Source of the DNA: an uncultured delta proteobacterium
Lineage (GTDB): Bacteria > Desulfobacterota > Zymogenia > Zymogenales > Zymogenaceae
Reading direction: 5' to 3'
Length of the DNA stretch: 64,000 bases
Assembly: GCA_963792965.1 (NCBI GenBank)
Contig: CAWBYW010000009.1
Coordinates: forward strand, 224,001 to 288,000
A program made the position numbers and the translations under genes. The notes beneath the pieces were generated by a model. The model saw nothing but the letters and a program-made list of their open reading frames with translations, searched no databases and was not told where the DNA came from. Positions 51,409 to 61,746 of this stretch are shown piece after piece (position 1 is the stretch's first letter; the number at the start of each line of letters is the position of its first letter).

Positions 51409-52471
51409 ATGAAGAAGATCGTTCTCGTAATCCTGGCCTTATTCTCTTTGGCCCTCTTTATCCCGGCGGCCTTCGCGGCCGACCCCGATGCGCTGCGTGG
51501 TTCAAGCCGACGCTGAGGGTCGGCGTCGCCTTCGACGCCGAGGCGCCCCATTACGCTTCGAACCAAGGGGAGTCGCTGTTCGGCATCGACGAGCCTCGAC
51601 GCTGAGACCTCCCGAGCACCGCGCGGCCCTATCTTGCCCTCGAGCTCCCGTTTGCCGTCACCGACCGGCTCACGATAGCGCTTGACGGCACTGGTCGTTT
51701 ACCGGCTCGGGAAGAGAGCTGGACGAGACGATATAACGACGCTCCGGAGTCCCGGCGAGATACTGGGATTCCGACGGCACGAGCCACTGGGTATCGGCCG
51801 ACCTGCTGGTATCCTATGCCCTGATCAAGGACACGCCGGTGATAAAGGATCTCTCGGTCGTCGCCGGCCTCCGCTGGGATTACCAGAGCGATGAGCTTTG
51901 AGCGACCCCCACACCGCTATTGGGGTCGCTATCTCGCCTGTCCGATACGATCGACTTCACGATGCAGACCCTGACGCCCGTCGCCGGGCTCACCTGCACG
52001 CTCACCGGCATCAAGCACGGCATCTGGGGGGGCGACATACACGTCGGCGTCCTGGCGGGTCCGGTCGTATGGGGGCATGAGGATTATAAAGAGATGTTCG
52101 GGAACGATCGCCTTCCGTTGACCGTTCAAGGACGATCTGAGCCACGGCTATATCGTGAAGGCCTTCGCCGATATCACGGTGCTCTCAGGTCAGATCACCC
52201 CGTGGATCGAAGGGTCGGTATCTATTTTCGCGACAATTGACCAAGACCAACGTGAAGGGCGGTGGTGGATGGCGAAGCGATCTTCTCAGACACCGGCGGT
52301 CGTCCGCCACCGTCCCCGTTCGATTTTGAGTCCGATAGCAGCGTGGTCGTTGTCGGGATCGGCGCATCGCTGGCGTTCGACATCTGCGGAAAGCCGACGC
52401 CGCCCGCCCCTCCGGCCGCACCCGTCGCGCCGGCTCCTGCGCCACAGCTGACGCCGATGAGCCAGAAGTAG
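51409..52471 (+). CDS. Secreted outer-membrane beta-barrel-like protein, copy 2 (many frameshifts; possible pseudogene)
   Basis: GGAGG SD plus ATG 51409, near-identical signal peptide, conserved blocks and C-terminal FDICGKPTPP...QLTPMSQK. Confidence 0.62.
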
Positions 52472-52499
52472 AGCGGACTCCTACAAGATACGTACGCAG

Positions 52500-52524
52500 A
52501 GGGGCGGCATCAAGCCGCCCCTTT
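52500..52524 (+). terminator. Rho-independent terminator of copy 2
   Basis: AGGGGCGGC-ATCAA-GCCGCCCCT-TT. Confidence 0.7.
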
Positions 52525-52561
52525 CCTACATCAGCATTTTTGCAGAGAATGGGTTGGCCGC

Positions 52562-53311
52562 CTAGCCTCTCTTCAATATCAGGTACTTTTCCTTGAACTC
52601 CTTGATCTCGCCCGCCTCCGCGAAGCTGTAATATTCTCCCTGGCCGATGATGATGTGGTCGTGGACTTCGATATCGATCATGCGGGAGGCAAACACGAGG
52701 TTCCTGGTGATTTCGTAGTCCTGGGGTGAGGGCTTGGAGTGCCCGCTTGGGTGGTTGTGGACGAATATCATGCCCGAGGCGTTATGGCGTAGCGCCTCCT
52801 CGATGATCTTGCGGGGATAGACCATCGACTGGTTGATGGTCCCCTCGTGCAGGGTCTCGGTGTGGATGATCTCATTTTTGGCGTTGAGAAAGATAACCTT
52901 GAAGACCTCGTGCTTGAGCGACATCATCGACACCTTCAGATACTTGAGCACGTCGCCGGCCGATCGGAGGTATTCGCGGTTCCTGATTCGCTCCCTGAGG
53001 TAGAGGGTGGGCGCCGCCAGAAAGAACTTTATCAGAAAGGCCGCGTTTTCCCCCATACCCCCGACCGAAAGGAGCTCCTCCCTCGGTGCCTCCAGCACCC
53101 CTTGGATGTTCTTGAACCGGCGAAGCAGCTCCTTGGCGATGGGCTTTGTGTCTCTTCTCGGGATGGCGAACGTGAGGAGAAGCTCGATGATCTCGTAGTC
53201 GGCAAGCCCCTCGCCCCCCGCCTTGATGAATCGCTCCCTCAGCCTCTTGCGGTGGCCGAGATGGTCTTGTTTATGCGCGTCTCTTTTATCCGTATCGTTT
53301 GTTGACGACAC
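52562..53311 (-). CDS. radC: RadC family JAB domain protein
   Basis: GHRKRLRERF, HhH, YPRKI, HNHPSG...S..D, DHIIIG. Confidence 0.93.
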   Translation of the reverse strand: MSSTNDTDKRDAHKQDHLGHRKRLRERFIKAGGEGLADYEIIELLLTFAIPRRDTKPIAKELLRRFKNIQGVLEAPREELLSVGGMGENAAFLIKFFLAAPTLYLRERIRNREYLRSAGDVLKYLKVSMMSLKHEVFKVIFLNAKNEIIHTETLHEGTINQSMVYPRKIIEEALRHNASGMIFVHNHPSGHSKPSPQDYEITRNLVFASRMIDIEVHDHIIIGQGEYYSFAEAGEIKEFKEKYLILKRG

Positions 53312-53373
53312 CGCCGCCTCGCCAATGACTCCGACCTATTGTACTGTAAAATGGGAAAAATCAAAGAAAAATA

Positions 53374-54734
53374 TTAACTTTTGACAAGGCGGGCGATGAA
53401 AAAGCCGTCCGGTACGTCAGGCTGGTCCTCGGCAAGCCGATCGGGAGTAGAGAAGACGGCCCCATCGGAAATGAGTGGCGCGCACGCCTCCCCGACGTAC
53501 GGCGTCACGTCGTCGAGTCTAAACTCCGGATGCGCGCCGAGAAAGTCGCGTACAGGCCGATACCCTCGTCCGGATTGATCGTGCAGACCGAATAGACCAG
53601 AGCGCCCCCCGCCTTCAGAAACTCGGCCGACGACTCGAGGATCTCCCGCTGTTTCTTCGCCAGTCCGGGGAGGTCTCCCGGCACCAGCCTCCACTTGATC
53701 TCGGGGCTTCTCCTGATGATGCCGAGGGCGCTGCAGGGCGGGTCGACGAGGACCCGGTCAAACCGTGTATCCGGTATCAACGGCGCGCGCGTGATATCGG
53801 CCGCCACGACTGAGAGCGACCGGATGCCGAGACGTCGGGCGTTTTCGGGGATCTTGCGCGCCCGGCCCTCGTTTATCTCTACCGACAACACGCTCCCCTC
53901 GTCCCCCATCAGCTCCGCGCAGAAGGTCCCCTTGATCCCCGGCGCGGCACAGACGTCCAGCACCGACATCCCCGGCCGCACGCCGAGCGCGATCGGAGAG
54001 AGCTGCGATGCCTCGTCCTGCACCGAGAAGAGCCCCTCCCGAAACGCCTCGTCCTTAAATATCGCCCCACCCCCGCGGAAAAGCACCCCGAACGGTGAAA
54101 ACCTTGCCGCGGACACCGCGTAGCCGCTACCGGAGAGGCGTGCTATGAGCTCTTGTCTGGTTACCGTGGTGGCGTTCGTCCTGAGGACGACCGGGGCACG
54201 CTCGGTGTACCGGAGGGCTACGGCGGTCGCCCTATCGATGCCGAAACGATCGATGAGAAACGACGCCAGCCAACGCGGAACGGAATAGCAGATGGAGAGA
54301 AATCCGATAGGGTCCTTTTTGGGGGAGGGGTAATCGATCGTCTCTATCCCGCGCAGGGCCGACCTGAGCACGCCGTTTACAAACGATCCCGAGCTTTTTT
54401 TGCCGAGGATTGCGGTAAGCTTCACCGCCTCATCGACCACAGCATAAGCGGGGACCTTCTCAAGGAAGAGGATCTGGTAAAGTGCGCTGCGCAGGATGTT
54501 CAACACGTCCGTATCGAGGGACGGCAGGGGTCGTTTTGAAAAGTGGGCCAGCACCCAGTCGATGTGCCCGAGGTTTCTCAGTGTGCCGTACGTGATCTCG
54601 GTGGCAAGCGCCCGATCCTCTATGGTGAGGGTCCTGTCTCTCTCCAGGAGGATATCGAGGATCGTGTCGGAATAGGCGCCGTCCTCAAGGACTGCGTTCA
54701 GCGCCCAGACGGCTGTGTTACGCGGACCCGACAT
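53374..54734 (-). CDS. rsmB: 16S rRNA m5C967 methyltransferase (frameshift ~53555)
   Basis: NusB-like N-domain, VQDEAS, DVCAAPG, VDPPCS, YSVCT; C-terminal DGFFIARL in another frame. Confidence 0.92.
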
Positions 54735-54798
54735 ATCTCTGATTCAAAATGGTAAGTGGAAATGCTGGGGCGAGCGACCGACAAGCCGCCATGTGGGT

Positions 54799-55744
54799 TT
54801 ACACAAGCGACGTTCCGATGGGGATTTTCTTTCCCCTGAGGAACTCCCCGGCCTCCATGCGTCGCTTCCCCGGCGCCTGAAGCTCCGTGATGACGACCGT
54901 CCCCCCGCGCGTGGCGACAAATATACCCGCGTCGTTCGTCCGGATTATCGTCCCCGGCGCGGCCTTGTCTCCCCCGTCGACGAGTGCGACCCTGAATATC
55001 TTGACCGTTTGATCTCCGAGGGTCGTGAAGGCACCCGGTCGGGGACTCATCCCTCTGACGCGATTCCTGATCTCGTCGGGGGTCGTCGTCCAGTCGATGC
55101 GCCCCTCTTCCTTCTTGAGCATAGGGGCGCGTGTCATTTTTGTCTGATCCTGAGCGACCGGGACGATCTTTTTTCCCTTGATGCCTCGGATCGTCTCGAC
55201 CAGGAGTTCGGCCCCGACCCAGGCAAGGCGTTCGGTTAGCTCGCCGGCGGTCTCATCCTCGCCGATTGTTACTTCGCGGGCCATCAGGATATCTCCGGTA
55301 TCCATCCCCTCGTCCAGCTGCATCGTCGTCACCCCGGTGACCGTCTCTCCGTCGATGATTGCGCGCTGGATGGGCGCCGCCCCGCGGTATTTCGGCAACA
55401 GCGACGCATGGACGTTGACACAGCCGTGGGGGGGGATTTCAAGGACGGCTTTCGGTAGGATCTGGCCGTAGGCCACCACGGCGCAGAGATCCGGCGCAAT
55501 CTCGCGCAGGCTTTCGATGAATCGGGGATCTCTTGCGCTTTCGGGGGCCAGGACCGGGACACCGTGCGCCTGGGCGACTTCCTTTACCGCGCTCTGAGCC
55601 GGGCTCCATGCCACGCCCCTTGGGGCGGTCGGGCTGGGTCACCACGGCAGCCACACGGTCTTCTCCCGAAAGGAGCGCCGTTAGCGACGGGACGGCGAAG
55701 TCGGGGGTGCCCATGAAGACAATCGTGATGGGTCTACCGCTCAC
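54799..55744 (-). CDS. fmt: Methionyl-tRNA formyltransferase (frameshift ~55602)
   Basis: [39 protein letters not shown]. Confidence 0.95.
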
Positions 55745-56259
55745 CGTTGTCGTCGTCCTTCTTTATGAGTCCCTTCCTGACCTTTCGCTTATAGATATCC
55801 CGCTTCAGGCCGCTCACCCTGTTGAGGAGCAGCACGCCGTCCAGGTGATCTATCTCGTGCTGGAAAACGACCGCCAAAAGACCCGTCGGCATCAAAGATC
55901 CGCTCGTTTCCCTCCCGGTCGATCCCCGTGACGCAGACCCGTTCCTTGCGCTTGATCTTCTCGCGAAATTCCGGGAGTGACAGGCACCCCTCTTCGTAGA
56001 CCTGCTCGCCGTCGCAGGATATGATTTCGGGGTTTGCCAGCAGGATCGGCTCCTTCTTCTCTTCGTCCTTGACATCCAGAACGATGATCCGCTTATCGAT
56101 GCCCACCTGGGGGGCGGCCAGCCCGACCCCGGGGGCCGCATACATCGTCTCCAGCATATCTTCCATGAGCTTCTTGATATCCCCGTTGACGTCTTCTACT
56201 TCGTCCGCCCTCTTTGAGAGGATTGGGTCCGGGAATGTTACGATATTGAGTATAGTCAT
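55734..56259 (-). CDS. def: Peptide deformylase (frameshift ~55883)
   Basis: [22 protein letters not shown]. Confidence 0.95.
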
Positions 56260-56291
56260 AGCGCAAAATGATTAAGTTACCTAATCTTATA

Positions 56292-58733
56292 TTATAGCAT
56301 ATCCGTCGGGTCGATATCAACCGATATCATAACTCCCCGGCGCTCTTTCATCCCTCCGTCGAGCCCGATCTCGCCCAGAAGCTCAAAAAGGGACCTACGC
56401 TCCTGACCCTTCATCAAAATCTGGTAGCGGTAGCGGTCCATTATCCGGGCGATGGGTGAAGGGACGGGGCCGAGGATCTCGACGTCAAGCCCGCGGTCGG
56501 AAATGGCCCTGCGGCACTCATCGCGTATCCTGATCGACTCCCCGCACACCGCGTCCTGGTCCGTGCCGACAAGCCTGACCAGCACGATCCGCGAGAAGGG
56601 CGGGTAGGAGAGCTCGGCCCTGATTTGCCGCTCTTTTTCGGCGAACGCTGTATAGTCGTGATCGGCGGCCGCCTGTATCGCGTAGTGCTCCGGGTTATAC
56701 GTCTGTATCAGCACCGTCGAGACGGTGTCCCCCCGGCCGGCCCTTCCCGCCGCCTGGGTCAGAAGGGTGAAGGTCCTCTCGCTTGACCGGAAGTCGGGCA
56801 GATTGAGTGCGATATCGGCATTGATGACGCCCACCAGCGTCACGTCCGGAAAGTCGTGCCCCTTGGCCACCATTTGCGTTCCAAGCAGGATATCGGCCTC
56901 TTTCCGCGAGAAGGCCGAAAGGATCTTCTGGACCTCCCCCTTTCTCCGGGCGATATCGCGGTCGAGCCTGCTGATCCGGGCACCCGGCACGATGGACGAG
57001 ATCTCTTCCTCTACCCGCTGGATCCCCGTGCCCATGAGGAGGAGGTTATATGAGCCGCACTTCGTGCACGTATCGGGCGCCGGGGCATGAAAGCCGCAGT
57101 AGTGGCACAGGAGGCCCGCGGGATTTTTGTGGTAGGTCAGCGTGATGCTGCACGAAGGGCAGGGGAAGTTGTAACCACAGACGGGGCAGAGGATGAAGGA
57201 CGAAAAGCCCCGCCGGTTCAACAACACGATTGCCTGGCGACCGTCCGCAACCGTGCGGCGGAGTTCGTCGGCCAGCCTCTTGGAGACGCTGCGGGTGGCA
57301 AATTCGGCTCCCTTCAGGTCCACGATCTCCACGCGCGGGAGCTTTCCCATCTTTGTCACGCGCTCGGGAAGGGTGACCAGTGAGTAGCGTCCCCTCCTCG
57401 CGTTTTCCATGCTCTCAAGAGACGGGGTGGCCGACCCGAGGACGACCGCGGCGTTCTTGAGCCTGCCCAGCATCACCGCCGCGTCCCGCGCGTGATACCG
57501 CGGCGTCTCCCCCTGCTTGTAGGAGGGGTCGTGCTCCTCGTCGACGATGATGACACCGGGCTCCGAAACGGGGAGGAAGAGGGCCGAGCGCGCCCCGAGG
57601 ACGACGCGGGCTTTCTTCGCTTTCACGCGCCACCACTGGTCCAACCTCTCCCCCTCGGAGAGGCCACTGTGGAAAAGGGCGACCGTATTGCCGAGCCGGT
57701 GAACGAACCGCGCCAGCAGCTGCGGTGTCAGCGAGATCTCCGGGACGAGCACCAGCGCGTCCCTCCCCATAGCCAAGGCCTCCTGGGCCGCCCGGATATA
57801 GACCTCGGTCTTGCCGCTGCCCGTTACCCCAAAAAGGAGCCAGACGGAAAATTCTTTCTTGCGGATCGACCCCGTGATGCCTGCCAGCGCCCGTTCCTGG
57901 GCGGGGCTGAGCTGTTCGGGGATCATCGACTCCATGTCGGGGAGCTCGATTGCCCGCTCGCGATACTCCGTCGTCACTTCCACGGCGCCGATCCTCACCA
58001 GACGCCTTATCGGGCCCCCGAGGTCGCCCCACCGCTCTTTGAGGACGGGGTAGGCGACCTCGCCCTCTCGGCGGATATAGTCGAGGATTTCGCGCGCCTT
58101 CGGCGATCGGGCAAGCTGCGCTCCAAACCCCTCGGGCGGCTCGATCCCCGCCATCCGGACGATCTTTACGCTTCCCCGCTTTGCCCCGTGCGTGTCCATG
58201 ATCTCTTCGAAGACGACGGCGCCCGCGCGCGCGAGCCTGTCAAGGTGGTATCGCACGGCCTCTTTCTTGAGCCGCCTGATAAGCGCACCCACGGTGATCC
58301 CTTTGGGGTGTGAAGCGAGTTCGAGGATATCCCGCTCGATGTCCGACTCCCCGACGCAGCCGTCCACGGCCCGGACGGTCCGCCGGGTTTCGATGGTAAA
58401 GCCCCTCGGGAGCGCCCTCTTGATCACCTCGCCGAGGGGAGCGCAATAATAGTCTGCCATGAACCGGTAAAAACGGAATGTCTCCTCGTCGAAGAGAGGC
58501 TCCGAGTCCAACACATCGATAATATCCCTGACCTCCCCCACAAACGGGTGGTCCTCCCCGATGACAAAGCCGGTTACGATCTTTCTCTTGAGCGGGATGA
58601 GCACCCGTGTCCCGAAAGACACCTTATCGACAAGCGCCGAGGGGACCCGATAGGTGAGGGTCATGCCGAGGGAAGTCGCCGGGGCGATGCGGACGAGGCG
58701 GTCCGCCGTGATGTCTGGGAGGCTCCTGGTCAT
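56292..58733 (-). CDS. priA: Primosomal protein N'
   Basis: GVTGSGKTEVY, DEEH, SATPS, four CxxC motifs, GTQMVAKGHDF, QAAGRAGR. Confidence 0.97.
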   Translation of the reverse strand: MTRSLPDITADRLVRIAPATSLGMTLTYRVPSALVDKVSFGTRVLIPLKRKIVTGFVIGEDHPFVGEVRDIIDVLDSEPLFDEETFRFYRFMADYYCAPLGEVIKRALPRGFTIETRRTVRAVDGCVGESDIERDILELASHPKGITVGALIRRLKKEAVRYHLDRLARAGAVVFEEIMDTHGAKRGSVKIVRMAGIEPPEGFGAQLARSPKAREILDYIRREGEVAYPVLKERWGDLGGPIRRLVRIGAVEVTTEYRERAIELPDMESMIPEQLSPAQERALAGITGSIRKKEFSVWLLFGVTGSGKTEVYIRAAQEALAMGRDALVLVPEISLTPQLLARFVHRLGNTVALFHSGLSEGERLDQWWRVKAKKARVVLGARSALFLPVSEPGVIIVDEEHDPSYKQGETPRYHARDAAVMLGRLKNAAVVLGSATPSLESMENARRGRYSLVTLPERVTKMGKLPRVEIVDLKGAEFATRSVSKRLADELRRTVADGRQAIVLLNRRGFSSFILCPVCGYNFPCPSCSITLTYHKNPAGLLCHYCGFHAPAPDTCTKCGSYNLLLMGTGIQRVEEEISSIVPGARISRLDRDIARRKGEVQKILSAFSRKEADILLGTQMVAKGHDFPDVTLVGVINADIALNLPDFRSSERTFTLLTQAAGRAGRGDTVSTVLIQTYNPEHYAIQAAADHDYTAFAEKERQIRAELSYPPFSRIVLVRLVGTDQDAVCGESIRIRDECRRAISDRGLDVEILGPVPSPIARIMDRYRYQILMKGQERRSLFELLGEIGLDGGMKERRGVMISVDIDPTDML

Positions 58734-58776
58734 CTTTCTCTGTGAAGTCGGTAAAAAGGAGGGCGTAAAGCGACGC

Positions 58777-59484
58777 TTATATCTCTATGCCCTTGTTGAC
58801 GAGTTTGGCGGCCAATTCGTCGTCGAAGATCTCCTCGGTTCCGAAGACCGTGATGCTCTTTCCGGATATCGATATCAGCTTGCGGCGGTTGAGCTCGTTG
58901 AGAACCCGGGATACCGTCTCGCGCGATGTCCCGACGATGGACGCGATGTCCTGCTGGGTGGGGCGCTTCTCGATCATGACGCCTCCCTCGACCTTCGTTC
59001 CCTCGGTTCGGGCCGAATCCAGGAGGAACCGCGCGATCCTTCCGTAGACATCCAGGAGGATCAGGTTCCCGATCCGCTCGTCGGCCCGGCGCATCCGCCG
59101 GCTCATCTCGGCAAGGATCGCCTTGGCGATGCTCGGGTTCTTCTCGATCTGGTAAAGGAAATCGTTGCGCTGTATGATGAGGAGCGTCGAATCCTCCATC
59201 GCGATGACGGTGGCAGATCTCGGCTCGCCGTCCAACAGTGACATCTCGCCGAAGAAGTCCCCGTCTTTGAGGATGGACAGGATGATCTCCTTTCCCTCCT
59301 CGGAGTGGAGGACCACCTTCACCCTCCCCGAGAGGATAACCATGAGCGAGTCACCCCGGTCGTCCTCCTGGACAATGATGCTCTCCTTGGAGAACCGCTT
59401 GCGGATGGCGCGCTCGGCGATGATCGACAATTCTTTGTCGCCGAGGCTCTTAAATATCGGTAGTCTTTTTATTACTTCGATCAT
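58777..59484 (-). CDS. Crp/Fnr family transcriptional regulator (cAMP-binding type)
   Basis: FFGEMSLLDGEPRSA cNMP motif; HTH TQQDIASIVGTSRETVSR. Confidence 0.92.
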   Translation of the reverse strand: MIEVIKRLPIFKSLGDKELSIIAERAIRKRFSKESIIVQEDDRGDSLMVILSGRVKVVLHSEEGKEIILSILKDGDFFGEMSLLDGEPRSATVIAMEDSTLLIIQRNDFLYQIEKNPSIAKAILAEMSRRMRRADERIGNLILLDVYGRIARFLLDSARTEGTKVEGGVMIEKRPTQQDIASIVGTSRETVSRVLNELNRRKLISISGKSITVFGTEEIFDDELAAKLVNKGIEI

Positions 59485-59545
59485 ATAATACGAATTAAGC
59501 CTTTTTTTTGCTGCATCGCAGAAGAAATGGTAGCGTTTCAAGGGA

Positions 59546-59596
59546 ATATTACCCGTTTGTAAATCTGTTGTCAATATGCAAATTTTATGGTATAGA
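59546..59596. promoter_or_regulatory. Overlapping divergent sigma70 promoters (crp / map)
   Basis: - strand TTGACA-N17-TAATAT; + strand TTGTCA-N17-TATAGA. Confidence 0.55.
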
Positions 59597-59606
59597 AGAG
59601 CAGCTC

Positions 59607-60356
59607 ATGATCATTATTAAGTCAAAAGACGAGATTACGGCCCTGCGGCACGCCAACCGCGCGGCGGCCGAGGCGCTTGACGAGGTTGTCCACGCCATAC
59701 GGCCGGGGATCACCACCCAAGAGCTCGACGACATCGCGCGGGAGGGGATCATCCGACGGGGGGGTAAACCCGCCTTCTTGGGCTACCGCGGCTATCCCAA
59801 GAGCCTGTGCGTCTCGCGGAACGAACAGGTAGTCCACGGGATACCGGGAAACCGGAAGATCAAGGAAGGGGACGTGGTAAGCCTTGATCTCGGCGCGGTC
59901 AAGGACGGGTTCGTCGGCGATCTCGCGGTCACCGTGGCGGTGGGAGAGGTGACGAGCCAGGCGGAAAAGCTCATCCGCGTCACCCGCGAGGCGCTCTATC
60001 GGGGCATCGACCAGGCACGGGTCGGCAACCGCCTCTACGATATCTCTGCCACAGTCGAATCTCACGTGAAGGCAAACGGGTTTTCGGTAGTTCGTCAGTT
60101 CGTGGGGCACGGCATCGGGCGCGACATGCACGAGGAGCCCCAGATACCCAACTTCGGCACGAAGGGCACCGGGGTGCGGCTCAAGGCCGGGATGACTCTT
60201 GCGATCGAGCCGATGGTGAACGTGGGGAGTTGGGAGGTGAAGGTGCTGGCCGACGGCTGGACGGTCGTCACGGTGGACGGTTCCCTCTCCGCCCATTTTG
60301 AGCACACGATCGCCATCACGGACGACGGGCCGATAGTCCTGAGCGAATTAGACTGA
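59607..60356 (+). CDS. map: Methionine aminopeptidase type I
   Basis: CVSRNEQVVHGIP, GHGIG..MHEEP, AIEPM, SAHFEHT. Confidence 0.96.
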   Translation: MIIIKSKDEITALRHANRAAAEALDEVVHAIRPGITTQELDDIAREGIIRRGGKPAFLGYRGYPKSLCVSRNEQVVHGIPGNRKIKEGDVVSLDLGAVKDGFVGDLAVTVAVGEVTSQAEKLIRVTREALYRGIDQARVGNRLYDISATVESHVKANGFSVVRQFVGHGIGRDMHEEPQIPNFGTKGTGVRLKAGMTLAIEPMVNVGSWEVKVLADGWTVVTVDGSLSAHFEHTIAITDDGPIVLSELD

Positions 60357-60506
60357 AAGCGACCACAGGGATCGATCAAGCCCGATAGGCTCCACGCCTC
60401 GTTATTCCTTTTCCCGTTCGACCTTTTGTGTCTAACCGACTTTCCCGGACGACGGAAGAAAAACCCAGCAAGATAATCTGAAACAGTGAAAGAGGTTATT
60501 ATTTTC

Positions 60507-60539
60507 TTGACACGAATAATATTCTAAAATATAGTTCTA
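60507..60539 (+). promoter_or_regulatory. Sigma70 promoter with overlapping palindromic operator for TetR gene
   Basis: TTGACA-N17-TATAGT; GAATA-A-TATTC palindrome at 60514-60524. Confidence 0.7.
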
Positions 60540-60541
60540 CT

Positions 60542-61147
60542 ATGAAAAGGATCGACACGAGAAACCGAAGCACCCCCGCACGAAAGAAGGAGATCATCCG
60601 TGCGGCGCTTGCGTGCTTTACGGAATTAGGGATTGATCAGACGGGCATGGCCGACATCCGCAAGAAGTCGGGCGTGAGCACCGGCAGCATCTATCACCAC
60701 TTCACCGGCAAGGAGCAGCTTGCGGCCGAGGTTTATCTGGAGGGGATACGGGATTATCAGGAGGGCTTTCTCGCGGCGATGGAAGAGAAGCAGGACGCCC
60801 GGGAAGGGATCCTCGCCGTCATTTCGTACCACCTGAAATGGGTAGAGGACAATCCGGAGTGGGCACGTTTCCTGTTTCGAGAGCGCCGCGCGGACTTCAT
60901 GAAGGCGACGGAGGAGGAGTTTGTGAGCACAAATGCGGCTTTCTTCGGACGCGCATCGCTCTGGATCGGTAGACACATCAAGGCGGGCTCCATAAGACGG
61001 CTCCCGCCGGACCTCTACGTCGCCCTCCTTCTGGGCCCCTGTCAGGAATATACCCGGATGCATCTGGCCGGCCACGCCCGGGCTAACCCCGCCGAGATCG
61101 CCCGGGAGCTCGCGGATGCCGTCTGGCGAGCCATTGGCACAGAGTGA
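60542..61147 (+). CDS. TetR/AcrR family transcriptional regulator
   Basis: N-terminal HTH GVSTGSIYHHFTGKEQL. Confidence 0.93.
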   Translation: MKRIDTRNRSTPARKKEIIRAALACFTELGIDQTGMADIRKKSGVSTGSIYHHFTGKEQLAAEVYLEGIRDYQEGFLAAMEEKQDAREGILAVISYHLKWVEDNPEWARFLFRERRADFMKATEEEFVSTNAAFFGRASLWIGRHIKAGSIRRLPPDLYVALLLGPCQEYTRMHLAGHARANPAEIARELADAVWRAIGTE

Positions 61148-61677
61148 GGAAAATGGCCATGAGGACAATTGAGGAGCTTGAAAAGAAGGAGCTGATCGAC
61201 CTCTTGCAGCGCTGCTGGATGACCCACGACGGGATGTGGCTCTACAGCACCATGCAGGCCTTCGGGATACAGGAGGCAAACCGGCTCAACAAAGCGGCAA
61301 TCAGTATGCTTGCCCCCCTCGAGATCGGGCGGATGAAAAAGACCTTCGGCCTGGAAAAGGAGAAGATCGAGACGTTTGACGAGCTCAAGGAGTTCTTTGC
61401 CCGCGCCTGTGCGCTCTTCGTCCCCGACTTCATGGGCGCGGCCTTTTCTTTTCCTCGCGAAAACACCTTCCGCTGGGAATTCAAGCCGAAGAGCTGCTTT
61501 GCCTACAAGGGGATATCGCGCATCGGGGCGATCGAGGGCTATGAGTGCGGCGTCATCTACCGGGTGCTCTGTTGGCTTGACGCCCTCGGGATTACCTACC
61601 GCGCCCCCGAGATCGGGCGCTGCCGGATGATTGACGCAGATACGTGCTCGGGGGATGTGGAAGTAGACTTCCGTTGA
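61144..61677 (+). CDS. DUF6125-like protein (Cys-containing, V4R-like fold possible)
   Basis: WMTHDGMW motif and conserved Cys pattern; overlaps the TetR stop. Confidence 0.65.
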   Translation: MRKMAMRTIEELEKKELIDLLQRCWMTHDGMWLYSTMQAFGIQEANRLNKAAISMLAPLEIGRMKKTFGLEKEKIETFDELKEFFARACALFVPDFMGAAFSFPRENTFRWEFKPKSCFAYKGISRIGAIEGYECGVIYRVLCWLDALGITYRAPEIGRCRMIDADTCSGDVEVDFR

Positions 61678-61746
61678 GAAAAAGGAGGGGTCCGGGGCGC
61701 GGCTATTTCGGATCAGATAACTCGAAAGGAGATTTCCCACCCAAGG

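Noticed and set aside
50001-52524. Diversity-generating retroelement (TR/VR pair)
   Set aside because: No reverse transcriptase in the window, differences are not adenine-specific, and the whole gene is duplicated.
52562-53311. radC as a marker of a mobile element
   Set aside because: Full-length chromosomal type with N-terminal HhH, downstream of rsmB; no integrase or transposase nearby.
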